A stretch of 64,000 nt of DNA from Octopus bimaculoides (lineage: Eukaryota), in assembly GCF_001194135.2 (NCBI RefSeq), contig NC_068989.1, forward strand, positions 50,915,440 to 50,979,439. Reading direction: 5' to 3'. Of this stretch, positions 49,650 to 63,214 are shown piece after piece. Numbering within the stretch: the first letter of the stretch is position 1; every line of letters starts with the position of its first letter. The notes under the pieces are model-generated. The model was not told the origin of the DNA. It saw only the letters and a program-made list of their open reading frames with translations, and searched no databases. Position numbers and translations under genes: made by a program.

Positions 49650-49940
49650 GATTTGAACTGATTGATCACCCTCCATATTCAACCGATATGGACCCATCTC
49701 ACTAACATGTGTTCTCCGAAATGAAAATGAAAAATTCGGCTGGGAACCAGTATCACAGTCATCATGATGTCATATCCGCTGTTGATGACGTTTTGACCAA
49801 CAAGATGAACCCCGCTCCACCAATAGTATCCAAGCACTGCAACACCAATGGAAGAAGTGTGTGGTCTGCAACGGGAACTATGATGAAAAATAAACCTCGG
49901 TTTCTCACATTCTATGAGAGAAACCTTGTCAGCCTATCAT
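49650..49940 (+). mobile_element. Mariner 3' fragment, probably related to the 39690-40680 family
   Basis: FELIDHPPYSTDMDPSH*HVFSEMK (HPPYSPDLAPSDY), IQALQHQWKKCVVCNGNYDEK*; the post-stop CACATTCTATGAGA..GTCAGCCTA resembles the 39.7-kb end. Confidence 0.85.
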
Positions 49941-52900
49941 GTGTTATTATACATATCTAAAAAGGCCAAATCGCACAAGTGTTCGCTGTTATGTTACATT
50001 TGGAAGTTTAGGAATTGGAGTTAGTTTATCAAATCGACATCCTTGCCGCCGATCCTGATTATTGATCTCTATCTACTTTTCGATATTTAGAACTGTTACA
50101 CAGACGCTGAAAGCGAGTAGCATCGAGTCGATCGAGTCTTCGCCTTTAGTGCTTGAGATTTGCAAATAAGAAATAAATTTACATTTCAATTTTAAATATT
50201 GAGTTTTCCATAATTATTTTCACTAATCTTCATACCGTTCATCACTTAGATATCACCCGTGATCTCCTCCCGGCATGAACATATTCTCATTCCTATGGAA
50301 ATAACCATGGTACTTCATAGTGTACCGGTAGATACACTATTCGTCGTAGAAAGCCCAGAGGTTTAGTTAGAAGTATTATGCAAATGATTTACGCTATATC
50401 TGTAGTCAATGGTCTACTTTAGATAGCACTTAGCATATTATAACTTCTTATAAATTGTAAAATAAACCAGGGTTAACTATCCCAAGATTTTCTACAATTA
50501 TTAGTATGATACAGAATACTCATCTCCGCATCTATTCCTACGCTGCAATATTTATACCAGGCATCTGTGAAAACCACTAACGAATCACCGCTAGGTGTTT
50601 AATTCAATACTGTCCACATTCCTGCTAGTATATAAAATCTTAGTACTGCAACTTATAAACGGTATATGTTCTATATTCTTTTAGACTTGTGACATTTTTC
50701 TGACACGACCTTATATTTCAAAATATGTCGGTAATTTTCTTTAATTTCCACTGTGTATAGTTGTTTCCAAATCATAGCAGCCCTCTCCAATTCAAATGTT
50801 TTTGTACATACTGAAAATTATATATCTCTATACCTTCATCTACTTATAGATTGGTACCCTTACTTGTATAAATAATTTTGGAAAATATTTATGACAACTG
50901 TGTTACAGGTCTGTATGGAAGACATATATATATATTGGATATTAAGTATCGAATTTATCTTCTCTATGGTTATGTAGAATTGACGCTTTGTTTCAAGCAA
51001 TGCTCTTAATAATTTTTCGTTCTTAAACCTGTAGGAAAATATTTTGCTGCTTTTAAAGTTTCCCTTGGCTTTTTCTCGTTTATGTTTCTTTTATTTTGTT
51101 TCATTTTCTGAGGAGCAGTTTCTCAAATATCCCATCAACATATTGTGTGTACATTTGTAGTTTGTTAGCATTCTTTTTTAATTTTCAAAACTAAAAGAAT
51201 GCTACTATTAAACAATATTTCCTACTTACCCGAATTTCTTTATTGTGTTAGTTCGTATATTGGATTTTACTTATGCGATTACTATTTTAAAACTTTCTGC
51301 ATAATTTGGTTATTACCAACTCGGAGACTGGAGCTCGCCTCCTTATTAGATGTATTTTTCATTCAGACAGTTTGTCTCCACTTTCTAACACAAACGTTCA
51401 GACATAAGGTATACAGCTCACATTGCTTATATAAATGTTTTCGGTTCTCATCGTATTTCTTTGTAGAGAAAATTGCCGGCTTATTCACTTTGCTGATATA
51501 GTTGTTCGTGATTAGCATAGCCCTTCATGAAATTTTAATTTAAACATATTGCTATTGGTTTGCAGATTCCGATTTACATCGTCTACTGATCCTACATATA
51601 AAAATACAACAAATACTGTTAAGTGGAATAACTTGTCGCAAACAATAAATGGCAAAGCTTCTATAGATATGTTCATCAGCAGCTTTAGCTGTGTCCTGTT
51701 CCGTACGGTTACAAACGAATACATGTCTTCTTTGCAAATGTCCCCTTCTTACATTTTTATGACTCGTATCAACACTAAACTTCAGAATTTTTCCTGTGAT
51801 GTGGCAATAGAAATTTGTTGCGAATCGGTTTTATGTTCTTTCTTAAAAAACAAATAACAAAGTGAATTTTGCCCATGTAAAAGGCATGATTTTCCTGGCA
51901 GCATTTAAAATGAGACACTAAATAAAATTGGGGTTGCTGTCAATTGTCGCTTAGTTTAATATTACCGTCTCATTTCTGATAATTTCACTGGAATCCACAT
52001 TTGAAGGTATAGGTTCCAGAACTTGTGTATCAGTATAATTTAACGTTTCGTCATTAGACCTTTCAAATGGGAACAGGTGACATATTAAACAATATATGAT
52101 AAAAATAATATTAAAAGCATTACAGTAAGACAATTTCTCTTCTCAGAAATGAATTTTATAGTAAGTTTATTCATGCATCAGTATACATGTGTCTTCATAT
52201 AGCTTTTACAGTAAAATGTTTTTATGAGGTACAATATTTCTTGTAGAGGTTTTTTTCAGTTACTCAATTCATAAATACCATTGTCGTTCATTATATAATC
52301 GATGCTATATTAAAGGGATAAAAAAATCCGAGGATTGGCACATAAAACTGATACATAAATATGTATGTGTTCGTTCACACGAATGTATATGTATATAGAT
52401 ATATTTCCCCGAAAGATATGGAGGAAATTTTTCTTATTATTTTCAGAATCGTAAATGCATAATTAATTTCCTTTGTTGAAAAACTAGAAATATTGAAATT
52501 CGTAGCCGTTAGGATAATTAGTTCCCAAACAGCAAACAATAGCTTTCGTAAATGCTCAACAACTGATTGTAGCGAATGCTCAGTGTAAAACCAGTTGTAA
52601 TCTACTCAAGCATTGAAATAAAACTAAATCTAAATGATTTGATACGAAACCGTCTATAAAAATGGAATAAATTCTAATTGAAATATTGTGAGGAACTCGC
52701 ATGACGTGTAGATTTTTATGCTAAGTATGTAGATATTAACTATACACAATTCAGTGTACATTATGTCAAGTGTCCACTACTTCTTAACAGCAGTAACTTT
52801 AGACACGGGCACCCGTGAAAAGCTAAATATATTTTCGAATCTTGTTAAATGGGATGATCACCTTTATTACATGCAAAATACTAAATCTATCACCAGAATT

Positions 52901-53151
52901 CAGGCATGAGCTGAAGCAAATCGAATTTATGCAAACAAGTTTTAGATGTGTCCAGGGATACGTTTATATATGTATCTTCAGATTCTTTTCCTTAAAGTAA
53001 AGTTGGGGATTACTGCACGAGTTAAAATATAAAGAAGATAATCTGAACACACAGGAGTCTTTTAAAGTATTTATTAACTAAACCGGTTTCCATTATTAAA
53101 AAATATTTCCAAAAGTATGGTATGGTGTTTCTGTGTATCCTCTCCGGTGTC

Positions 53152-53375
53152 AAAAATTAGTTTACATAAATGTATACAAATCAAGTGATAGAGTCTTTGA
53201 CAACGATAAGAAAAAGTTTGAAAATTTTGCATATCTTCTGTTTATCAGTCAAATAATAATTTACATAAAAACATTCAGTTCAGGTGATAAAAATGTTTAC
53301 CATGATAAGAATATAAAAATTAGTTTACATAAATATATCTATATCAAGTTATAGAGTTTCTGTCAAGAAGATAAA
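53152..53375 (+). repeat. Diverged ~60-bp direct repeat, period ~164 bp
   Basis: AAAAATTAGTTTACATAAAT.TAT...ATCAAGT.ATAGAGT near 53152 and 53316. Confidence 0.7.
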
Positions 53376-53819
53376 ACGTGTCTGGTTTGCCAATCTGTGG
53401 GTGCTAACGTTTCAGCCTCTCTGTGATCAGAAACCACATATTTTTTGCAGCATCTTAAATTGAAAAAAGGTGAATAGAGAAATAACATATGATTTAGGGT
53501 TCTCGGATCTGTCTATAGGGTCTTGCATCTGGATAGAATTTGACAATTTCGAGTATTTTATACAGAAATGGTGACTCAAATAATACAGTGTTTTGTTGAT
53601 GGCAGTCATGTGATTAAAAGATGGTTTTGCTTTTAAAATATTGTGGCTTAGAATTGCTTTTCCTTTAAAAAGTAGCTCACGATTGTTTGATTTCTAATTG
53701 TGGAGCTAAGAAAAGCTTGTTTGGCGAGCTGGTTCTATTAAGGTTCAGTAGTTTTAGCTTGGGTTTTGGGGTTTATATGTATGACTCATAAGTAAAGAAT
53801 AGCGTGTATTTGCGTCTAA

Positions 53820-55045
53820 TTGCATGTGTGTATGGATGTGTGTGTGTGTGATTTTCTGAGAAATACGAATAGCGGTTTATGTGCGAGTGTGCATGTGTGA
53901 AAATGTGTGCCTGTATATGTGTGTTTTATTTGTGCGTGTGTGTACGTGTGTCTCAACGTATTTGTGCGCGTATGTGTGCACGCGCGCGTGTGTGTGAGTA
54001 TGTGCGCGTTGAGGTTGTCAGGGTACTGTGTGCGAACGTGTGTATGCATGTGTGTATATGCCTATGTATGAGTGTGTTATATTTTAAATATTGGTGTGTC
54101 TATGTGTGTACGTGCGTATGCATGTGTATGTGTGTGTGTTATATTTGTGAGGGTGCTGTGTGTGTACCTGATGTGCATGTGTGTGTGTGTGTGATACGCT
54201 TGTCGGGTGGTGTGCATATGTGCATGTGTCCGTTTATGTTGCGTTTCTTAGGTCATATCTGTACGCATGTGTATGTGTGTGTGTCGCGTTCATCAAGGTG
54301 GTGTGTGCGTGGACGCGGGTATCTGTGTATGTGTGTTATAATTGTCCACGCGCGTGTGTGTATGTGTGTAAGTGAGTATGCATGTGCATGTATGTGTGTT
54401 TTTGTATTTATCGGGGCGGTGTGTGTGTGCATATGTGTGCTATATTTGTCGGAGCGGTTTGTGTGTATACGTGTGCATGTGTGTGAGTTATATTTGTCAG
54501 AGCTGTGTGTGTACGTGTGTGTGCGTGTGTATGTGTGCCTGTTGTGTTTGTGAGAGTGGGGTGTGTGTAAGTGTGTACGTGTAGGTCCTTGTGTACGTGT
54601 ACGTCCTTGTGTATGTGTACGTCCTTGTGTACGTGTACGTCCTTGTGTAAGTGTATATATATTTGTGCCTGTGTTTGTTGTGATTGTTGAACTGTATTTC
54701 GTGTGTATGTGTGTGTGTTTTTTCTGGGAATGTGGGCGTTCTTTCTGGAAATGGGTATATTCTATTTGTTTGTGTGTGTGTGCGTATGCTTGTGTGTGTG
54801 AGCGTAGCTTTTGTTGTATTTGTGTGTGTGCGTATCTGCATATGTGTCTGAGTGTGTGCCTGTACGGGTGCGAGTATNNNNNNNNNNTCTGCATATGTGT
54901 CTGAGTGTGTGCCTGTACGGGTGCGAGTATATATGTGTATATATGAGTGTATTTGTGTGTGTTAGTTGTGGATGTATGTTCCTGGGAGATAGAGATATTG
55001 TGTTTATGTGTGAATGTGTGTAGGAGGTGTGCGTGTGTGTGTGTA
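53820..55045. repeat. 1.2-kb degenerate (GT)n-derived low-complexity tract
   Basis: TG-dominated, with local GTCCTTGTGTACGTGTAC-type subrepeats at 54585-54650. Confidence 0.9.
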
Positions 55046-55834
55046 GGAATTAAATTATGGCCTACTTGTTCCGACACCACTCGAGAATCCATGTATATTT
55101 TTTAAGGATATTAGAGTATTTTTAACTGTAGTCCGTATTTTCAAATAAAAATATCTTTATTTAATTGTGTTTGGTCAGTGGTACTCCAGTTGGAGCAAAA
55201 ATAGTTTGAAGATTTGATCTATTTCAGCATCCAGAAGGCGTAGCGACACATTGCCTGGCCCTCCTTGTTTCTGAAATGGTAAACTTTCAAAAGTGAATAA
55301 AATATAATGGAATGAGAGACGTCAATCAACTAACGTGCAAGGATAATGATTTAAAGAAAGTTAGGCGATAGTGGTTCTTATTGAACATTTATTAAAGCCT
55401 GAAAGAATGAAAAAAAAAAAAAACTTAAAATGGGAGAAAGATTCTATATGTTCATTCCACAAACAAGTGTTCGTTGATAAGTTTTACTCATAATCAAAAT
55501 AATATTAATTGATTTATTAATTGATTAGAATTGGAGAATGCGTGTCAATTTTACTGTTATCTTCGAAAACCTAAGTTTTCCCGGGTTAGTAAGCAAGCTT
55601 ATTTTAAACATGATGCATCTCTCTCTCCCTTACTTACTCAATATCTATCTATCTATGTATCTGTCTGCTTGTCTGTCTGCTTGTCTGTCTGTCTGTCTGT
55701 CTGTCCAATTGTCAGTCTGTCTGCCTGTTTATACGTGTGTTACACATATATATATATATATATCTGTTAGTCTACAGTAGTACATATATTATATACACAA
55801 GTAAATACTTCTATCAACATATGTATCCATGAAG

Positions 55835-55897
<63 letters not shown>

Positions 55898-56280
55898 CGT
55901 ATGGGCTGTTTCCTTATAATTTACTATAATTGTACTAATTCTGCTTACTTATCGTATTTACGAAAATATTGTCACTTTCCTATTTAATAGCATATAGAAG
56001 TCCACCAATGTATATAGATATAAATATGAATTTTTTACACTGAGTAGACTGATTATATTTGTTGTCGGAACATATATGTTTTCATAGGGATTTTAAAATT
56101 ATTCCGTTTTCTTTTTTACAGTTCCGTTGAGCTGTATGGATGAATATAAACTTTTGTCCTTTCGAACGGATCTATATTATGTCTGGTTTTATTTGCAATT
56201 CGGTTTGTTGGATCTGCTTTACCAATATTTCTAACAGATATACGTTTCTATGTATCAAACAAGAAAATGATTCTCTATAT

Positions 56281-56628
56281 CCGTGGCTCCCAACATGTGT
56301 CCGTCTACCTCGTGTGGTCTGCAACTATAGGACTGGCGTCCGTGGACCAAATTCAAAACTTCATATATATATATATGTATGTATGTATGTATTACACGTG
56401 TATAAGGGATGTCCACCTAGTGGTCATCCCTTATACACGTGTAATACAATTTGTTCAGAATTTTCAGATTTTTATATGNNNNNNNNNNTATAGGACTGGC
56501 GTCCGTGGACCAAATTCAAAACTTCATATATATATATATGTGTATATACATACACAAGGATAGGCATATTAGAAGTGGTCCGTGGAAAAAAAAGAGGTAC
56601 TTGGTAGTGAAAACGTTGGGAACCACTG
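56281..56628. mobile_element. hAT (Charlie-like) MITE with TIRs and 8-bp TSD
   Basis: Left CCGTGGCTCCCAAC (56281-56294), right GTTGGGAACCACTG (56615-56628; reverse complement CAGTGGTTCCCAAC); flanks CTCTATAT / CCCTATAT (7/8). Interior has a 10-N gap with duplicated flanks. Confidence 0.8.
56388..56448. repeat. Near-perfect 61-nt inverted repeat (24-bp arms, T/T mismatch, 4 bp, 3-nt loop)
   Basis: TGTATTACACGTGTATAAGGGATG (56388-56411) is the exact reverse complement of 56425-56448; inner CCAC-CTA-GTGG. Confidence 0.95.
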
Positions 56629-59281
56629 CCCTATATGAAATGAGTATTCGCATGCGATTAGTAATGGCATGTAATGTGCCGCTCTGGATCCCATGTTCAA
56701 ATATTGTACAGAAGTATGGCATAGACCACATTGTCAGCTGTAATCTAGGTCTGTAAATGTTTCAGGCTTCTTTTGTTAATTGGGCAGATTGTAACTATCA
56801 GCTGCTTCTAGTTCCACATTAAAAAAATATACAAAATGTAAGTTAAACATGTCCAAGGTGGTATAATTTCTGCTACTGTTAGTGTCATCACAAAGTGTAA
56901 AGCAGGCACAGGCTTTGTGCCTTGGGTATACGGCGTAATTAAATTCCAAATATGTGTACAGGTACCTACTTCAGAAGATTTTTTCGTTCCCTTGATCATT
57001 GGAAAATCAGAATTTCGTCATGAGATCGATAATGATTAGTTTGTTGTTATCATCTCATTTGGCCACGTGACTAATGATTTCAGATTTGATTCTTTAATCA
57101 TCATTTAGTCATATATTTTGGTGCTTAGAGATTACCTGGATTGATTTTAACTACTTTCGCCCAGCATTCGAATGCATTTATTCCTGTTTTCCTTTATTCA
57201 CAACATCAAAATATGCACTATCCACATCAATACGGAGACATTTAAAGAATTTGTTGTGACTTATACGAAAGACAGAAGCAAAACCATAAGCAGTCACATT
57301 CTTTGTTCAAGAAAATTTACAATATTATCTGGTCAAACACCATTTGCTCTTCACCAGGTCTAAACACCTCTTGGTGTCCTGAACATTTTCTGAATACATC
57401 GACATAAACGGTGTCTCCAAAAGATGCTCATATCTATTTTCACCATGCCAATGGGTCCAGTATAACGTTGAACACTGAAATTATTTCCCAAATGGAATAT
57501 TTCTGTCGACAATCTAATTATATCTCTGGCTCTGTTAATCACCTCTGACTCTATTAATAGTTGTGTGATTCATGACGTATTACATCATTTAATAGCATTG
57601 TTTATAGGTGATGGCTCAATGGTTAGAACACACAGGTGTGAGTTGCAGAGCCAAGACACCATGTTATCTAGAAATACTCACAATATTCCTCGCTCATGGT
57701 GTTATGCTTGCTTAATCAGAGTTATACTTATGAAGACCTGCTTCGCTCAGTCCTAAAGCAGATTCTTTATCTTTTGATTGCTGCTCATCAGTTACCGTAT
57801 ATTCGAAGATGTGATTTCGCAAAAACAAGTTGACACAGCATGCTTAGATTTTATGCCTAGCAATTTAGAATGCTCAGGACAAGGGCGTTTCATAACATGT
57901 TTCCCTTAGTTCCATATATTTGTCTGTCAATCTATCTGTCAGACATGTGCCTTACACTCCACGTTGAGTATCATTTGATCAAATTGACATAAACTTTCCT
58001 GTAGATCCGCAAGGTTCTGTATCAAAAGCTCACTTGCAGGATTCTTCTAGGTGACATTAAAAAAACTGTAATAAGTGTTTCACTATGTATCTATCTATCT
58101 TTTTCATGTCTTTATTTTATATATGTGTATAACGTATTTATGTGTGTGTGAGTGTGTGTGCGTGCGTCTGTGTGTGTGTGTATGTGTGTGTGTGTTAGTG
58201 TGTATAGAACAATACTTTAGAACGCAAGAGATGAAGTGACACATAGAAAAATATAATTCAAAGCAAACATTATCATATTGCCCATTAAAAAAATTCCGTT
58301 GGGAGTAGAGATAGAAAAATATATAACAGAGAATGCAACAATCATAACATCAACGCCAGTGGCACAATAACTACCAAAACCACTACTAGAATATGAAAAA
58401 TAAAGTAAATATCACAAATATATGAAATGAACTGAAACATTATCTTGACATATTGAGAAAAATATATAATTTTATAGAAGTTCAGATATCATGTGCATAC
58501 GTATGTATTGATAGTTAGTGACAGTGACATTATGAGTGGATGGGATTGAAATACAGGAGGTGTGTATTGTTTAGATGTTTATCATTGTAGGATGTGTATG
58601 TAGCAAAGTAGAAACTCTATCAAGAAAATATATAGCTCATAAATATGTATATCAAAAGATAAGCTACATTTCTAAAGATTGCCCAGCAGGGAAACTTGAA
58701 CGCGTGTCATATATATATACATACGTATATTGTGAGTGTGTATGCTTGGGCTTCAGAGTATATGTATCACGCTCTCACTTATAGATACACGCTATTTCCA
58801 TATACGCAGGCACATCAAACCAGAGAAAAAAGCCACTTATTCTTTCATAAAGCATACCTAATAAATAGCACATTTAAATTATACACTGCTTCTTCCAGCC
58901 GGCTTTTCTGTTTATCTTTCGCAAAAAACATTACACACTTATCTCGAAGTCACACAGATATGTCCTCACTCAATATTCTTCTGTTACGTTTATATTCTGA
59001 TATTTTCCCGTTAAAACATGTTGATTTGTAATAACTACATTCTTCTCATTGTTGTCAATATCGCACCAGTCTTACTGTTGTTTTCCAAATATTGACTTAA
59101 GTGCTCGTAAGTTACACTTTTCTGCCACTTTAGCGGCTTTCGGTTAATTCTGGATTTGCAGCCTCATGTCTGTTTGTCTATTTATGAGGTCCAAAAGAAA
59201 TACGAAATTTGCACATGGGCACAATCTCAAAGCAAACCTCCGTGGTCTTTTTTCACATACTCTATTTTGAAGTTATGCACG

Positions 59282-59332
<51 letters not shown>

Positions 59333-60137
59333 ATAAGTAACGTGCCTATATTAGCTATCACTACAGCTTGTGTTGTTTTCTTCGATATTTATGAATGATA
59401 TGTGCGGTCGGCTAAGTTTCTCATGCAAACTCTGTACACCTTTAAATTTTTATTAGGGAAACTCTTTCCTAAATTGAAATATGAAATATTAATAATACTC
59501 TCTATTAGCGATGATCGTGAGTTTAAACTGCATTCACTAAATATACATATTTAATTCCCTATAGTTTTAGCAGAAATATGTTCATTGACACAATAATAGA
59601 CGGCTAGCATGTCGTTCTTATAAAACACTGTGAGGACGGGTTATTCGTTCTTTGTCTAAATATAGAAATGAAGTTCTTCGTATTAATTTTTTTATACTAA
59701 ATAACGTACTTATTGTAGGGACTGGTCCTGAACGAACGATGAGTAAAATTGTATTATACACAGCTAATTTCTTAGATATTCGCTATATACCAAGAAAATC
59801 TGCGTTACGGTGGAGTGACAATTTATAATTATATATAATTTGTTCACCAACATTTATACTTGGAAAACTGCTTTTGTTTGTCTGTAATAAAGAAAATCCA
59901 CATTCAAAAGTTTTACATATATATAAAACATGTCTTGGTCTATGTGAAACAGAATATATATTAAAGAATTAAAGGCAATGCTATGCAACTTCATAGAAAT
60001 GCTTATTATTAATATTGTTACACACACANNNNNNNNNNNNNNNNNNNNNNNNNNNNNNNNNNNNNNNNNNNNNNNNNNNNNNNNNNNNNNNNNNNNNNNN
60101 NNNNNNNNNNNNNNNNNNNNNNNNATATATATATATA

Positions 60138-60192
60138 ACGGTGGTGCCCCAGCTTGATTGCACCTTTAGATCCGAAATTGGCTAAAAGGTTA
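60138..60192 (+). mobile_element. Possible 3' end of another SINE family next to a gap
   Basis: GGTGGTGCCCCAGC..GAAATTGGCTAAAAG resembles an octopus SINE 3' end from recall only. Confidence 0.3.
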
Positions 60193-60298
60193 AAGAGCTA
60201 TACATGTATGTATGTATGTATGTATGTATGTATGTATGTATGTATGTATGTATGTATGTATCTATCTATCTATCTATATATCTATCTATCTATCAATC

Positions 60299-61572
60299 TA
60301 TATGGTCATCCATAAATAATGCGTTTTTTATACTTCTATTATTTTTAAAATTAAGATAAACAAAGTTATTTTTTAATCTAAAATATAATCTCCTTCGTTC
60401 TCTACAGTTCTCTTCCATCTAGCGGGTAGGATGCAAGGCCCCTCTTCCAAAATTCACTTGTCCGTGATGAAAAATACTCCTCCATTACTTTTCCGACCCC
60501 GTCAACAGAATTCATAATTTTTTGCCGTATAAATGATTTTGGAGACTGCTGAATAAATGATAATCAGATGGAGCAATGGCCGGTGACATATGATTTGTGG
60601 GGCATCGTTTCCAATTCAAACTGTACTAGCCTTTGGAATGTCATCCCCACTGTATGTAGCCGAGCATTATTCTGATGGAAGAACACCTTCCGACTTGAAA
60701 CCAAACATGATCGTTTTTCTTCTAGTGCTGACTTATGTCACTCCAGCTGCTCGCAGTATATCTACTTTGTTATCGTTTAGTTTGGGTTTAAAAATTCGAA
60801 GTCGACTAAACTTCTCATGTTCCAACAAACACCTTACGTGGGTGAAGTCATTCCTTAGCCTGGGCACCGGTGTTTCTCCTCTCCCTACCCATTGCTTTGG
60901 GCGATTGACATTTTTATAGAGAACCCATTTCTCGTCATCAGCCACTATTCCGTCCATAAAACGTTCATTCGTGAGACGTGGCAGCAAAAAAGAACGAAAA
61001 TTCACTCACTGAGGGCGATTAGAGTGGGTAAGTTTGTGAAGAAACCATTGACCCAATTTACTGACATTTCTTTTGCCTCAAAGGTATCGTGATGAATGGT
61101 TGGATGACAAAAACCAAGCTTCTCTGCTAGTTTCTCAACAGTTACGATAGGATTTTCTTCCACCAGGGTTTGTAGGACGTCTTCGTCCAGCTCTACAGAA
61201 CTGAAAGGACGAGGCTCGTCTTATAGGCTGTATTTTCTGGCTCGGAATTTCTGGAACGACCGTTGACATTGGTTTACAGTTATTGTCTGATCCCCATATA
61301 CTGCATATATATACTTCAGTATTTTCGTTCAGTTGTTTCTTTATTGAACTCATAAAGCAAAATAAGCCGACTATGCTCTTTTGTCACTCCTTTTGTAGCT
61401 TTGAAGAAGTAATTTCAAATCGAACTGCACTCTTCAAAACTTGCACAAAGATTAAGTACAATGTAAAATTAATACTCGCTTTTATAACAAGTTGATGCAG
61501 GTATTTTTTCCCGTCCCCCTCCGACTTTCATTTCATGGAATTGACAAAACCGCATTATTTATGGTCTGTTGA
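60299..61572 (-). mobile_element. Near full-length DD34D mariner with both TIRs, decayed
   Basis: TIR core CCATAAATAATGCG(G)TTTT at both ends (60310 and 61545-61564). ILLYEFNK..AVYGDQT..DEPR..LVEENP..LAEKLG..KLGQWFLHKL, IVADDEKWVLY (D1), HQNNARLH (D2 position), PAIAPSDYHLF (D3; 34 residues after correcting one frameshift), RWKRTVENEGDYILD*. Confidence 0.92.
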
Positions 61573-61761
61573 GTGTCCCACCCAAGAGGAATCGATGCTA
61601 GATGTGTAGAAATAATTGTCGTGATTAATAATAAATTCTCGTATATTCTGTCTTCTGTCTTTCATTTAATATATATGTACGTATATACATATGGCGGCTG
61701 TAGGTTTCCATGTTTCTGTGTATATGTGAGATTGAGGGAGAGAGCATATACACCCCCCCCC

Positions 61762-61810
<49 letters not shown>

Positions 61811-63112
61811 ATGTATATATACCAAATATATGTGCAATATCAAATTTACTGCTGCTATTCTTACATTAATCTACTAAATGTGGCACGTTTGATGATTATA
61901 ATCGAGAAGCAATAACTCAATATAATTATTGAGTATATATCCATAAACCCACATTAAATTAGTACGTTTAAAACGGACGTTATGTTAAAGGCAACAGTCC
62001 TTCGAAACAAACGTAGAAAGCTAACACCAAAAAATGAATATTATATATGACGTTCCTAACATTCTGAAATATTCATCAGAGAAGTAAATATAATCAATCT
62101 CGATACACATTAATAGTTTGAAATTATTTGCTTTTGATTATGAAAGAAATGTGTGTGAATCCATTCACATACACATTCCCTCATTCACACCCAGAAAGAG
62201 ACATATATATGCATGTATATTTGTATGAAGGGGAATGCACTTCAGAAGTTACTGAAAGGCTTTGTAACACACATTTATCAATTTCAAGTTTTCGATTTGT
62301 GGAAGATAAAATTTATAATGATGTAATTGTATATAATGTATTACTTTTGAAAATCTAACTTTAATACAACTGACTGTCAAACGCTGTTTCAAATCTCGAA
62401 CTTATATGTGGGTGATGGAATTATAAATAATTTCTAAAGTGCTTCCTTGGTTTATAACGTTGAATAGCTCTGTGTGTGCGTTCGCATATATGTATATATG
62501 TATACACACACACACATAAATACACACGCATACACACACATACACACTCATATATATATACATATATACTGTCTCATAGAAACAGTCGTTCGTTGCTCGC
62601 AATGGTTTTATAATTACACAGACAAATACAAATATGTACAAACACGTTAAGATTATGGGAGATTTTTCAGACTTAGAGAGTATCTCATGAGTTCTGGCCC
62701 AGTATATTTCATACACGTTTGGTCAAAACGTATTTATAAATGCTAATTTAATAGGTAAACGATTATCGAAATATCTTAGAAATTATTCAGTAGGCAATTC
62801 TGGTGCAAACCAATAAATGTATATTCAGGTGCAAAATTAGAAATACAGATTCAGGTGCAAAGCTACACATATAATGAAACACATGCAAAATGTGAGAGAG
62901 CGATGGACCTAGGGAATATATAAATGTAGAATAAGAGATGTATAATATATCTAGAATGAAACATGTATAAAAAAAATAAAATCTAATTTCAGCATTCCAT
63001 TAACTTGCGGTGTTGTAAAAGGTGAGAAAAGAATTAGAAACAAAAACATTAATAAAATGCAAGATACCGGTACGATATTGGAAAACTTGCCTGTATGAAA
63101 TTAAACAATAAT

Positions 63113-63214
63113 TATGGAGACCAAACCTACAGAAATCATAAACAGCAACAACATATTTTCCCATATGGAGACCAAACCTACAGAAATCATAAACAGCAAC
63201 AACATATTGTCCCA
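63113..63214 (+). repeat. 51-bp tandem duplication
   Basis: TATGGAGACCAAACCTACAGAAATCATAAACAGCAACAACATATT(T/G)TCCCA at 63113 and 63164. Confidence 0.9.

Noticed and set aside
50905-51860. Minus-strand splice-like sites (TTTTCCTACAG near 51030, GG|GTAAGT near 51229) and several 60-100 aa ORFs
   Set aside because: No consistent open exon between acceptor and donor and no recognisable domain.
54835-54930. 43-bp exact repeat
   Set aside because: Flanks a 10-N gap; same assembly artefact.
53879-55092. Cys/Val-rich and His/Thr-rich ORFs of 224-279 aa
   Set aside because: Products of degenerate (GT)n/(CA)n sequence.
57260-57560. CPEHF peptide suggesting a THAP domain
   Set aside because: The other THAP residues are absent and the frame has a stop immediately after.
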